32,448 nucleotides of DNA from Candidatus Sulfotelmatobacter sp. (GCA_030037515.1 JASHRE010000197.1:1-32448); one strand, 5' to 3'. Positions 8,053 to 17,422 are shown, counted from the stretch's first letter. Program-made: numbers and translations. The notes: generated by a model not told the origin, from the letters alone.

Positions 8053-8736
8053 CTACACACCCTTCAGCGCCGGATCCCATATGAACTTGTGCAATTGCAA
8101 ACCCAGCCTCGCGGGCGCATCGTCGGCGATCATCCATTCGGCGAGTTCTTGCGGATCCAACAGGCAATGCGAACTGTCGCGGGCACCGGTCGCCTCTTTT
8201 CCAAACGCCGGCGAGAACAAGACGCAATTCACTGTGTTCACCAGATCGTGCCTGCGCACGAAGTCGAGGGAGAATTCGTAATCAGCGCGGCTGCCAAGCA
8301 CAAATTTGATTTCGTCATGCTTCGTAAGGATCCGAAGATTTTCCTCGCGAAACGTCCCACCTTCGCCTGAGCCCGGACACTTCACATCAACAATCTTCAC
8401 CACTTCTTTGGGAACCCGCTCCAGCGGCCGTTCCCCGCTGGTTTCGAGCAAGACCTGGTAGCCGTCACTCAAAAGACGCTGCATGAGGGAAACGACTTCG
8501 CGCTCCTGCAGCATGGGCTCGCCGCCGGTGATTTCGACCAATCCGCCGCCGGGGCTGAGCCGCGTCACGTCAGCGAGCACTTCCTCGAGGGTCATCTTCC
8601 GGCCGCCGTGAAAAGTGTATTCGCTGTCGCACCACACACAGCGCAGATTGCAGCCGGTCAGCCGTACAAAGACACAAACAAGGCCGGCGTACGTCGATTC
8701 CCCCTGCAACGATTTGTAGATCTCTGTGATCTGCAT
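8053..8736 (-). CDS. queE: 7-carboxy-7-deazaguanine synthase QueE (radical SAM)
   Basis: MQITEIYKSLQGESTYAGLVCVFVRLTGCNLRCVWCDSEYTF is the canonical QueE N-terminus with the CxxxCxxC-type cluster. Confidence 0.9.
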   Translation of the reverse strand: MQITEIYKSLQGESTYAGLVCVFVRLTGCNLRCVWCDSEYTFHGGRKMTLEEVLADVTRLSPGGGLVEITGGEPMLQEREVVSLMQRLLSDGYQVLLETSGERPLERVPKEVVKIVDVKCPGSGEGGTFREENLRILTKHDEIKFVLGSRADYEFSLDFVRRHDLVNTVNCVLFSPAFGKEATGARDSSHCLLDPQELAEWMIADDAPARLGLQLHKFIWDPALKGV

Positions 8737-8772
8737 AAAAACAGCAGCCAGTTGCCAGCACCAGCTCCCAGT

Positions 8773-9100
8773 TCAAGACCCGGTCTGCTTGGGGGTCTCG
8801 GCCAACAACCCACTCAGGACGCGACCAGCCTCGGCGCAAGACTCCATCAACTTTGGTTTGGTTTCTGCTTCGAGAAATTCAAGATTCTCTGCGATCTGTA
8901 ATTGAGTTTCCGCCTCCATCAACGCCTCCTGCCTGGATCAAGAAAATTCCGAAACTCTTTTCCGATAATCGATCTTGACCTTCGGCAAGGTTGCTTGGGC
9001 TCGAAACGGCCGCTCGGAACTTGCGCTGGCGCACGTTGCGGTAACTGACTCCGTTGACTTTTGCCAAACCGCCGGGATCGCCCCACTGTGAGTCCTTGGT
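8773..9100 (-). pseudogene. Decayed four-helix-bundle protein gene (23S rRNA intervening-sequence protein / Avd family, PF05635-like)
   Basis: Family motifs are scattered over three frames of the minus strand: AVWQKS (frame A), RAAVSSPSNLAEGQDRLS (frame C), GKEFRNFLD (frame B), then EALMEAETQLQIAENLEFLEAETKPKLMESCAEAGRVLSGLL ending at TGA 8773-8775 (frame A). The FPxEExYGLTSQ segment appears to be deleted. Confidence 0.6.
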
Positions 9101-9138
9101 CCTGCTTTTCAAACTGGCAGCTGGCCACTGACGGCTGG

Positions 9139-9516
9139 TTACTCGCTGTATTTCGCCGTCGTGGTGTCGGTCTCAAACACGGTCACATCTTTGATACGGA
9201 CGCGGCCGTTGGTGGCGCGGTACAGGCGGGCATTCGATTCATCATAAAAATACTTGGCCAGATTCTCAGCCGATGGATTGATCTCGGTGAACGGCTCGAT
9301 GTCGTTGATCATCTGGTGATCGAGCCGTTCGATCACATTCTTCATGACTTCACGCAGATCTTTGAAATCGAGCAGCAATCCGGCCTTGTCAAGTTCGGCT
9401 CCGGCCAGAGTGACCCGAATCTTGTAATTATGGCCGTGCGGATTCTCGCACTTCCCCTTGTAATTGCGCAGGTAGTGTCCCGCGGCAAATGAATCTTCGA
9501 CTGTGACTTCGAACAT
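9139..9516 (-). CDS. queD: 6-carboxy-5,6,7,8-tetrahydropterin synthase QueD
   Basis: Contains FAAGHYLRNYKGKCENPHGHNYKIRVTL and LLDFKDL; 125 aa. Confidence 0.9.
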   Translation of the reverse strand: MFEVTVEDSFAAGHYLRNYKGKCENPHGHNYKIRVTLAGAELDKAGLLLDFKDLREVMKNVIERLDHQMINDIEPFTEINPSAENLAKYFYDESNARLYRATNGRVRIKDVTVFETDTTTAKYSE

Positions 9517-9660
9517 GTTCCCCCTGCGGCCTTGTCAGACAGCGCCCCGGCCGCTAGATCCCAAACGTTATTGTATCGCGTTGGACATCAGCCGCACTTG
9601 ACGCAGAGCCGCGCGCAACGATAGCTTGGCCGATTGACCTCGATCCTCCCAAGGAGCCTC

Positions 9661-11601
9661 ATGAAACGTCCGCACCGGCTTTCCGTGTTTGTTTTCGTCC
9701 TGCTAATAACACCGCTTTTCGCCCAGAATCGCCCTGAGACTCCCGAGTTCCAGGTCAAAGAGCACTACACGAAGTACGAATTCCGGATCCCCATGCGCGA
9801 CGGTGTGCACCTGTTCACGTCGGTTTATGTGCCGAAAGACAGTTCCCGCAGCTATCCGTTTCTGATCGATCGCACGCCGTACGGCGTGTCTCCCTATGGC
9901 GTCGATCAATACCGCGCGCATCTCGGCCCTTCGCCCGATTTCGACAAGTCCGGATACATCTTCGTTTTTCAAGACGTTCGCGGACGCTACATGTCAGAGG
10001 GCCAGTTCATTGAAATGCGCCCACACATCGACAAGCGCAAGTCAAACAAAGACGTTGACGACTCCACCGACCTCTACGACACGATTGACTGGCTGCTCAA
10101 GAATGTTCCGAATAACAACGGAAAAGCCGGCATCTGGGGGATCTCTTACCCCGGTTTTTATACGTCCGCAAGCATGATCGATTCGCATCCCGCGCTGAAA
10201 GCCGCTTCGCCCGAAGCTCCCATGACGAACCTTTTCATGGGCGATGACGCTTATCACGGCGGCGCGTTCATGCTGGCGGCAAACTTCGGCTTCTATGCTT
10301 TTTTCAAGCCGCAGGAGAATCCGCAGCTGCCCAAGCCTGCGGCGCCTTTCGATTTTGGAACGCAAGACGGGTACGAGTTTTATTTGAAGGTAGGGCCGAT
10401 CGGAAATCTTTCGAAACTACTGGGCAGCACAAGCTTTCTCTTTGACGACCAGATCCACCACGACACGTACGACGAATACTGGAAAGTCCGCAATCTTGCA
10501 CCGCACATGAAGAACATTCACTGCGCCGTGCTCACGGTGGGCGGCTGGTTCGACGCCGAAGATCTGCAGGGACCGTTCACCACGTTTCATTCCGTCGACC
10601 AGAACAACCCAGACATCTTCAACGGCCTTGTGGTCGGACCCTGGGTGCACGGCGGATGGGCGCGATACGACGGTGAACATCTCGGACGGGCCGAGTTTGC
10701 CTCGAGCACGGGCGAGTTCTATCGCAAGAACATCGTGTTTCCGTTTTTCGAGCACTACCTGAAAGACGCGCCCGACCCCAAGCTCCCGAAGGCTTACGTG
10801 TTCGAGACCGGAACCAACGTCTGGCGGCGCTATTCCGCCTGGCCGCCGAAAAATGCTGAAAGCCGCATCCTGTACTTGCAGCCGAATGGCGGGCTTGCCT
10901 TTGAAGCTCCAAAAAATGACTCGCCGGTTTTCGATGAGTACGTCAGCGATCCCACCAAGCCAGTCCCGTTCGTGAATTACACGGACCCGGACGTCCCGCA
11001 GGAATACATGGTTTCCGATCAGCGCTTCGCGGCCAGCCGTCCGGATGTGCTCGTTTACGAAACTCCGGTTTTGCAGGAAGATGTGACCCTTGTCGGGCCG
11101 GTCTCACCCAAGCTTTTCGTTTCCACCAGCGGCACCGATTCCGATTGGGACGTAAAACTCATCGACGTCTATCCGCAAGATTACCCCGACAGCAAACTCG
11201 ATGGGCCCCGAGAAGATCGAAACCGGCGCACCGATGTGGGCCCGCCGTCGTTCACTATGGCGGGATATCAGCAACTCGTGCGCGGCGAGCCTTTCCGGGG
11301 AAAATTCCGACACAGCTTCGAAAAGCCGGAGCCGTTCACTCCGGGCACGGTCGAACAAGTCGATTTCACCATGCAGGATGTCAATCACACCTTCCGCCGC
11401 GGCCACCGCATCATGGTGCAGATCCAGAGTTCCTGGTTCCCCCTCACCGACCGCAATCCGCAGACCTTCGTAAACATTCCGGATGCCAAGCCTTCCGATT
11501 TTGTGAAAGCAACCGAACGCGTATATCACACGGAGGCGCAGCCGTCGGGAATTGGAGTGCTGGTGCTGGCCAACCCGGGCGAGGCGGAAGAGCAGAATTA
11601 G
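9661..11601 (+). CDS. CocE/NonD family hydrolase (X-Pro dipeptidyl-peptidase S15 family), secreted
   Basis: ATG 9661 is preceded by AAGGAG. Signal peptide MKRPHRLSVFVFVLLITPLFAQ. Contains DRTPYG, GIWGISYPGFY (nucleophile elbow) and a C-terminal beta-sandwich with HRIMVQIQSSWFP. Confidence 0.8.
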   Translation: MKRPHRLSVFVFVLLITPLFAQNRPETPEFQVKEHYTKYEFRIPMRDGVHLFTSVYVPKDSSRSYPFLIDRTPYGVSPYGVDQYRAHLGPSPDFDKSGYIFVFQDVRGRYMSEGQFIEMRPHIDKRKSNKDVDDSTDLYDTIDWLLKNVPNNNGKAGIWGISYPGFYTSASMIDSHPALKAASPEAPMTNLFMGDDAYHGGAFMLAANFGFYAFFKPQENPQLPKPAAPFDFGTQDGYEFYLKVGPIGNLSKLLGSTSFLFDDQIHHDTYDEYWKVRNLAPHMKNIHCAVLTVGGWFDAEDLQGPFTTFHSVDQNNPDIFNGLVVGPWVHGGWARYDGEHLGRAEFASSTGEFYRKNIVFPFFEHYLKDAPDPKLPKAYVFETGTNVWRRYSAWPPKNAESRILYLQPNGGLAFEAPKNDSPVFDEYVSDPTKPVPFVNYTDPDVPQEYMVSDQRFAASRPDVLVYETPVLQEDVTLVGPVSPKLFVSTSGTDSDWDVKLIDVYPQDYPDSKLDGPREDRNRRTDVGPPSFTMAGYQQLVRGEPFRGKFRHSFEKPEPFTPGTVEQVDFTMQDVNHTFRRGHRIMVQIQSSWFPLTDRNPQTFVNIPDAKPSDFVKATERVYHTEAQPSGIGVLVLANPGEAEEQN

Positions 11602-11672
11602 ATCTTCGGAAGCTGCGTTGCGAGCGACGAATCATTAGTTGTCTTCGCTCAGACACGCGCTTGACAATTTGC

Positions 11673-11712
11673 GTCATCCCGAAGCCTCGCGTTTTCACCT
11701 GCGAAACGAGGC
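11673..11712. repeat. REP-like element: GTCATCCCGA word followed by an interrupted hairpin (GCCTCG..TTT / AAA..CGAGGC)
   Basis: Lies in the convergent gap between the S15 hydrolase and dinG. The same 10-mer GTCATCCCGA recurs at 27086-27095. Confidence 0.4.
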
Positions 11713-11784
11713 CCTGCCCTGAGCGCACCGCGAGCAATCGCGAGCCGGAGTCGAATGGGGATGGCGCGCCGTATCCGGCACGAA

Positions 11785-13809
11785 TCATGCCCCAGGGGTG
11801 AAGAAGTCCTCCACAACCCTAATTTCCGTCGTTCTCTTGTAATTCGGCAAGCTCTCGATGAACACGCGCCCGTACTGTTTCTTCAAGATGCGGTTGTCGA
11901 GCAGCACCAGCAAGCCGCGGTCGTGGAGCGAGCGGATGAGCCGTCCGAAGCCTTGTTTCAGCGTGATCACCGCTGACGGCACCTGATATTGAAAAAACGC
12001 GTTTCCGCCGTCGGCGTCGATCGCCTTCACACGCGCGGCAACGACGGGATCTCTGGGCACAGCGAACGGCAGGCGATCGATGATCACACAGCTCAACTGC
12101 TCACCTTGCACGTCCACGCCTTGCCAGAAGGAAGAAGTCGCAAACAGCACGGCATTCGGCGTCAGCCGGAATTCCTCGAGCAGAGCGGTTTTCGGAGCGT
12201 CGCCCTGCCGCAGCATGGGAAATTCGATTTCGCCCAGCAGGCGCTCATAGACGTCATTCATCTGCGCGTAACTGGTAAAGAGCACGAACGCACGCCCGCG
12301 CGTCACCGCAAGCACTTTGCGAATGCATTCCGAAGCCTTTGCCGCAAATTGTGGCGCCCGCGGATCGGGCAAATCCGGCGGCACATAAAACAGCGCCTGA
12401 TTTTGATAATCGAAGTGCGAGGGCAAAACTGATTCGCGCGCGTGCTCAAATCCAAGGCGCTGCCGGATGTACTCGAACCCTCCACCAACAGCGAGCGTCG
12501 CCGAGGTCAGCACCGCGCATTCGAGCTTCGACCAGAGGCATTCGCGCAGAATCGGGCCGACATCGATGGGCGTAGCCTGCAGGAAAACGTTCTGACGGCT
12601 TCCTGACGAATCTTCTCTGCTTTTCTCCGCGCGTCTCCACGGTAAAAAGCTTTTTCCCCGCCGCTCGATCCAGAACACGGTGTTGCGATCATCCGATTCG
12701 AGCGCGAAGCGAAGCTGAACGTCAATTTCCTGCGCGCGGCGCACGAAGTTGAAAATCTCCTCCGGTTTTTGCTGCAACCCCTCGAGTTCTCCGGCGAGAC
12801 GCGTGAGGGCCTGACTCAGCCCCACAAATTCGTCCCCGTTTTCTTCCAGGAATTCGCGCCGGTTCTCAAATGCAAATCGTCCGTCCCCGGACGGCAGCAG
12901 AGAGAAGAAAAATTGGGAACGCTCTCGCAGACTGCCCAGCGCTTTCGAAAGCGAGGCCGACAGCGTGCCATGTCGCTGCAGCGACTGCTCCACATCGAGC
13001 GCGAGCTCTTCCACGCGCAGGTTGCTGACCGAGATTCCAAAATAATTTCCCGCCACGTCTTCGAGTTCATGAGCTTCATCAAACACCACGGCGGCAGCTT
13101 CGGGCAGAATTCCCGCATCCGGCGCCCCCTCGGCCTGCAGCTTGATGGCGAGATCGGCGAAAAACAAGTGATGATTGACGATGACGATGTCGCTCTGCAT
13201 CGCCCGCCGTCGCATTTCGGTAATAAAGCACCGCTCCCACTGGCTGCACTTTTGTCCCAAACAGGCATCCGCTCGTGCGTCCAACTTGTGCCAAAGCACG
13301 CTTGTCTCCGGCAGTTCGGCCAATTCGGCGCGATCGCCCGTGCTCGTCTTTTTCTCCCATGCCGCGATCGCGCGATATTGCTCGGTCTCTTCCAGCCCGC
13401 TGAGGACGGGCGCGTCGGTCAGATCGTAGAGCTTCTGGCGGCACAAGTAATTGTTGCGCCCCTTCATGTAGCACAGAGAGAGCCGGGCGCCATCATGATT
13501 GCCACAGAGCGCCTGCTCCAGGAAGGGGACATCTTTATAAAAAAGTTGCTCCTGCAGATTTTTTGTTCCCGTCGAAATGATGACGCGCTTGCCAGATCGG
13601 ATCACGGGTAAGAGATAGGCGAGGGTCTTTCCCGTGCCCGTCCCCGCCTCCACAATGAGGTGGCGCTTTTCCGCCAGCGCCTCCTCGACGGCCTGTGCCA
13701 TCTGCAACTGTCCGCGGCGAAATTCATACGCAGGGTGGATGCGCGAAAGAATTCCCCCCGGCGAGAAGAACCGCTGCAGAGATGCCTCCGTGTCACGTGA
13801 AGTCGTCAT
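11785..13809 (-). CDS. dinG: ATP-dependent DNA helicase, DinG/XPD (Rad3) family with Fe-S cluster cysteines
   Basis: Contains YEFRRGQLQMAQAV, EAGTGTGKTLAYLLP, Cys cluster CYMKGRNNYLCRQK...CLGQKCSQWERC, DEAHE, and SSFWQGVDV. Start is uncertain: ATG 13809 (MTTSRD...) is preferred, ATG 13938 is possible, and the ORF-track start 13995 would overlap der head-to-head. Confidence 0.8.
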   Translation of the reverse strand: MTTSRDTEASLQRFFSPGGILSRIHPAYEFRRGQLQMAQAVEEALAEKRHLIVEAGTGTGKTLAYLLPVIRSGKRVIISTGTKNLQEQLFYKDVPFLEQALCGNHDGARLSLCYMKGRNNYLCRQKLYDLTDAPVLSGLEETEQYRAIAAWEKKTSTGDRAELAELPETSVLWHKLDARADACLGQKCSQWERCFITEMRRRAMQSDIVIVNHHLFFADLAIKLQAEGAPDAGILPEAAAVVFDEAHELEDVAGNYFGISVSNLRVEELALDVEQSLQRHGTLSASLSKALGSLRERSQFFFSLLPSGDGRFAFENRREFLEENGDEFVGLSQALTRLAGELEGLQQKPEEIFNFVRRAQEIDVQLRFALESDDRNTVFWIERRGKSFLPWRRAEKSREDSSGSRQNVFLQATPIDVGPILRECLWSKLECAVLTSATLAVGGGFEYIRQRLGFEHARESVLPSHFDYQNQALFYVPPDLPDPRAPQFAAKASECIRKVLAVTRGRAFVLFTSYAQMNDVYERLLGEIEFPMLRQGDAPKTALLEEFRLTPNAVLFATSSFWQGVDVQGEQLSCVIIDRLPFAVPRDPVVAARVKAIDADGGNAFFQYQVPSAVITLKQGFGRLIRSLHDRGLLVLLDNRILKKQYGRVFIESLPNYKRTTEIRVVEDFFTPGA

Positions 13810-13964
13810 GCTGGACGCAAGAGAAGACGCGGGCTGGATTGAAGGGGCCACGAAGTCTCTATAATAACCAGTTCTCAGATGCCGGGGATCAGAGATACGA
13901 TCAGAGCTCGGTGCCAGCGCCGCCGGCAAGAACGACATCAGACTCGGCTCGTTAAAGTTCGGCT

Positions 13965-15464
13965 GTGAAAGCGGAATCCACGCGCGTCGCTCCACTCGTC
14001 GCCATTGTCGGACGCCCGAACGTCGGCAAATCGACGCTGTTCAACCGTATCGTCGGTTCTCGCCGCGCCATTGTTGGCAACGAACCCGGCATCACGCGCG
14101 ACCGGCTCTACAGCAACGCCGAGTGGCTCGGCCGGCGCTTCCGCGTCGTCGACACCGGCGGCATTGTTCCCAAAGAAAAAGATCTGATTCCGGCCGAGAT
14201 TTTTCGCCAGGCTCGAGTGGCTCTGGATGAGGCCTCCGCCATCGTTCTCGTCGTCGATGGACGCTCCGACCTCGCCTCCCCTGACCTCGACCTCGCGCGT
14301 CTGCTGCGGAAAACGAACAAGCCGTTGTTTGTGGCAGTCAACAAAATTGACAGCGAAAAGCAATCGCCGCTGATCAGCGATTTCTATCGCCTTGGCATCC
14401 CGGAGATGTTTCCCATCTCAGCCGAGCATGGACAGGGCGTCGACGATTTGCTCGATGCGGTTATCCACATTTTTCCAGAATTATCAACCCCGGACAGCAC
14501 TGAGGCCACAGAGGACACGCCCAAAACCGGAGACCGACCAAAGTCCAATGACCCGCTTTCGCTGGCCGACGACCAGCGACCGACGACCGACGACCAAGCA
14601 GTCCGCGAAATCAAAGTCGCGATTATTGGCCATCCCAATGTCGGCAAATCGACGCTTCTGAATTCTCTGACTGCGTCTGAGCGCGCGATCGTCTCTCCTA
14701 TTCCTGGTACGACGCGAGACGCAGTCGACGAAGTTGTCGAGCATCATGGCCGGATTTACCGTTTCATCGACACTGCCGGCATTCGCCGCAAAGGCAGAAC
14801 GCATCTCATGGCTGAGAAGCTCTCGGTGGTGATGGCGCGAAAGCACCTGGAATCCGCCGACATTGCCTTGCTGGTGATCGATGCCGCCGAAGGCGTGAGC
14901 CAGCTCGATGCCGTCATCGCCGGCTACGCCCACGAAAGCGGACGTTCGATCATCATCGTGGTAAACAAATGGGATTTGTGGGCCGGAGAAGATCGTCGCG
15001 AACATTCCCGCAGAACTCGTTCTGCAACCACACGCACGGGGGCGTCCGCGCCCCACAAGCAGATGCCGCACGATCACACCGGATACGAGCAACACCTCCG
15101 CTGCGAACTGAAATTCTTGCATTACGCGCCGGTCGTTTTCATTTCTGCGAAAAGCCGCAAAGGAGTCGAAAAGATTTTTTCCCTGCTCGAAAAGGTTGCC
15201 AACGAGCGCTGCAAGCGCATCCCGACTTCAGAAATGAACCGCTTTCTTGAGCGCGTGGACTTCGATCGTGCCTCCGTTCCCGTACGGCAGCGCATCAAGA
15301 TTCTTTATATGACTCAGGCTTCGGTTGCCCCGCCCACGTTCGTACTCTTCACCGACCGCGCCGTAAAGCTGCATTTTTCTTATCACCGTTTTTTGGAAAA
15401 CCAGATCCGCCACGCCTTCGGATTTATCGGCACACCGATCTGGATCAAGAATCGAGCACGATAA
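13965..15464 (+). CDS. der: Ribosome-biogenesis GTPase Der (EngA), with two G domains and a KH-like C-terminus
   Basis: GTG start. Contains VAIVGRPNVGKSTLFNR, DTGG, VAVNKID, a second P-loop VAIIGHPNVGKSTLLN, DTAGIRR and VVNKWDL, plus extended low-complexity linkers. Confidence 0.9.
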   Translation: MKAESTRVAPLVAIVGRPNVGKSTLFNRIVGSRRAIVGNEPGITRDRLYSNAEWLGRRFRVVDTGGIVPKEKDLIPAEIFRQARVALDEASAIVLVVDGRSDLASPDLDLARLLRKTNKPLFVAVNKIDSEKQSPLISDFYRLGIPEMFPISAEHGQGVDDLLDAVIHIFPELSTPDSTEATEDTPKTGDRPKSNDPLSLADDQRPTTDDQAVREIKVAIIGHPNVGKSTLLNSLTASERAIVSPIPGTTRDAVDEVVEHHGRIYRFIDTAGIRRKGRTHLMAEKLSVVMARKHLESADIALLVIDAAEGVSQLDAVIAGYAHESGRSIIIVVNKWDLWAGEDRREHSRRTRSATTRTGASAPHKQMPHDHTGYEQHLRCELKFLHYAPVVFISAKSRKGVEKIFSLLEKVANERCKRIPTSEMNRFLERVDFDRASVPVRQRIKILYMTQASVAPPTFVLFTDRAVKLHFSYHRFLENQIRHAFGFIGTPIWIKNRAR

Positions 15465-15471
15465 GCCCCCG

Positions 15472-15921
15472 TCATTCGCCTTCCAACCTTCGGCTTTGCG
15501 TCAGTAATCCGATCCGCTGAACTCCAGCGTGATGCGCGGAGTCAATCACATCGGCCACATACTGGAAATCGACATCCGCATCGCCGTGCACAAACGCAAC
15601 TTTTTCCGCACGCGTCAAATAGATCTTGGCGAGCCGGGTTTCGAGTTCGCCCCAAGGCACATCTTCCTGATTGATTTTCACTGTCGGCAGCACATCCTTC
15701 GCCGTCCACACAATTTGAATCACGATCGTCTGTTCGGGCTGCGGACTCGACCGGCCCTGCTCCTGCGGTCGCGGAATCTGCGCCTTCTCCTGATACTCCT
15801 TGTCCATCGAAACGGCGAGCATAAACATGACGATGAGCGTGAGCAGCACATCGATGAGGGGTGTAACGTTGATTTGCGGTTGAGACGAACCTCCGCCTGC
15901 CGTGGAGAACGCCATAAGCAT
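15472..15921 (-). CDS. exbD: Biopolymer transport protein ExbD/TolR; no exbB/tolQ partner adjacent
   Basis: INVTPLIDVLLTLIVMFML is the TM signature, and the periplasmic C-terminal part has VHGDADVDFQYVADVID. Confidence 0.8.
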   Translation of the reverse strand: MLMAFSTAGGGSSQPQINVTPLIDVLLTLIVMFMLAVSMDKEYQEKAQIPRPQEQGRSSPQPEQTIVIQIVWTAKDVLPTVKINQEDVPWGELETRLAKIYLTRAEKVAFVHGDADVDFQYVADVIDSAHHAGVQRIGLLTQSRRLEGE

Positions 15922-16078
15922 TCGCTCCTCTCAGGCACGCGTGTCTGCACCATCAGACACTGGAGAGACGATCCAGGTTCCCGCGCCTGCAAAAACCCGC
16001 TGGTGATGCAGTTTGCTCACGTTCTGTCTCTAACGAGGCGGCTCTTGCCCGGCACTTTCGGCGCCCAACGCCGATGTT

Positions 16079-16108
16079 TTGACTCCCTTCCCCCATAGAG
16101 CCTAGAAT
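16079..16108 (+). promoter_or_regulatory. Sigma-70-like promoter candidate for tatA (TTGACT - 18 nt - TAGAAT)
   Basis: Hexamers are at 16079-16084 and 16103-16108, 58 nt upstream of the tatA ATG. Confidence 0.35.
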
Positions 16109-16165
16109 TTTGCTCAGGCAATGCGGCAGGATATGGCAGTTTGATGCCGCGTCGCGGGAGGGTTT

Positions 16166-16342
16166 ATGGGTGAATTTTCGCCGTTGCATTGGCTGCTGGT
16201 GATCGCGATTGCCCTGCTCCTGTTCGCGCCCGCCCGTTTTGCCTCTCTTGGAAAAGGCCTGGCGGAAGGGATTCGCAGCTTCAAATCTGCGTTTAAAGTG
16301 GGCGAAGAAAAGAAGGACGGCGACACCGAAAAGAAATCCTAG
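16166..16342 (+). CDS. tatA: Twin-arginine translocase subunit TatA/E (58 aa; below the ORF-track cutoff)
   Basis: Hand translation: MGEFSPLHWLLVIAIALLLFAPARFASLGKGLAEGIRSFKSAFKVGEEKKDGDTEKKS*. GGGAGG sits 5 nt upstream of the ATG. The layout (TM helix, hinge, amphipathic helix) is the classic TatA arrangement. Confidence 0.8.
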   Translation: MGEFSPLHWLLVIAIALLLFAPARFASLGKGLAEGIRSFKSAFKVGEEKKDGDTEKKS

Positions 16343-16399
16343 TTCCCTCCACCCCCCTAAATTCGCTTCAATTTTCCCTGTTCGCTCCGGCAGAAATCT

Positions 16400-17023
16400 C
16401 TAGTTCACTCTGTGTTCCCGGAGCACACGATAGACGAGTGCAACCGGTAATCCGACCACGTTGGTGTAATCGCCCTCGATGCGCGGAATCCAGCGCGAAG
16501 CGCGACCCTGTATCGCATAAGCTCCGGCTTTATCCATCGGTTCCCCCGTCGCGATATATTCCTGAATTTCGTTTTCCAAGAGGGCGCTCATCGTGACGAA
16601 CGTTGATTGCGACGCGACTTCGATCTGCGAAGCGCTTTCAATCGCAAAGCCGTTCTTATCTCTGCGACTGGCAGCTGGCAGATGGCTCCGGGCAGCTGGT
16701 TTCACTAGGCACACTCCCGTGATCACTTCGTGCGTGCGTCCAGAGAGCCGCCGTAGCATGCGGGCCGCATCAGCCGCGTCCATGGGCTTATTCAGAATGC
16801 ACGTGTCGACCACAACGATCGTGTCGGCTCCGAGCACGGCATCCTGAGGACGCGTTTTCCAGACTGCAAGCGCCTTGTCGCGAGCCAAACGCTCCGCGCA
16901 CTCTCGCGGTGGTTCATCGGGAAGCGGACTTTCGTCGATGTCAGCGGGTTGCACAGTGAATTCAATGCCGGCGTTGCGCAGCAATTCCTGGCGGCGCGGC
17001 GATGCGGAAGCGAGAACGAGCAT
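16400..17023 (-). CDS. maf: Maf-like nucleoside triphosphate pyrophosphatase
   Basis: Contains [29 protein letters not shown] and [10 protein letters not shown]. The internal ATG at 17021-17023 was chosen. Confidence 0.85.
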   Translation of the reverse strand: MLVLASASPRRQELLRNAGIEFTVQPADIDESPLPDEPPRECAERLARDKALAVWKTRPQDAVLGADTIVVVDTCILNKPMDAADAARMLRRLSGRTHEVITGVCLVKPAARSHLPAASRRDKNGFAIESASQIEVASQSTFVTMSALLENEIQEYIATGEPMDKAGAYAIQGRASRWIPRIEGDYTNVVGLPVALVYRVLREHRVN

Positions 17024-17422
17024 GCGAATTGGATTGTATCGGACGTTTCGAGCCCACCACCGCATCGATCAGTTCGAAGTGTTGCCGTCGTCGATCGCCT
17101 CAACATTCGCAGCGGGCAGACGGCCTACTGGCTCGCGGTGGTCGCGACGACACAAAATGCGGGATGGGGTCCTTTCCGCCGGACGAGAGTTGGCATCGAT
17201 GCCCAAACGAATCTGGCACATTCTCCCCGGCAGGCATGGCAAATTGGAGGTGATCCGCGCGGCTGAATGGCACAAGCACGAGGTGTCGGCCGGGGAGAGA
17301 CAAGCTTCGGCCTTTGGGAGAATTCGGTACAGCTACTCGCCAAGTCCCGCCGAAGCCGCCCCTCGATCGCGATTCGTCTCTCGACCGCGATTACGATCAA
17401 GACCACCTACCTTAGAGGTTTT

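Noticed and set aside
8773-9100. Diversity-generating retroelement, suggested by the Avd-family (four-helix-bundle) remnant
   Set aside because: There is no reverse transcriptase ORF, no template/variable repeat pair, and the Avd-like gene itself is decayed.
9517-9660. preQ1 riboswitch upstream of queD
   Set aside because: Only a GCGGCC/GGCCGC hairpin lies next to the SD. The compact hairpin plus A-rich tail characteristic of preQ1-I is not visible, and I could not recognise class II or III features by eye.
7248-13995. 7-deazaguanine DNA-modification (Dpd-like) system, suggested by queC/queD/queE lying about 2.3 kb from a DinG-family helicase
   Set aside because: No tgt/dpdA-like transglycosylase, ParB-like gene or additional helicase/nuclease genes are present. 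The helicase is separated from the que genes by an unrelated secreted hydrolase on the opposite strand and looks like the housekeeping Fe-S DinG.
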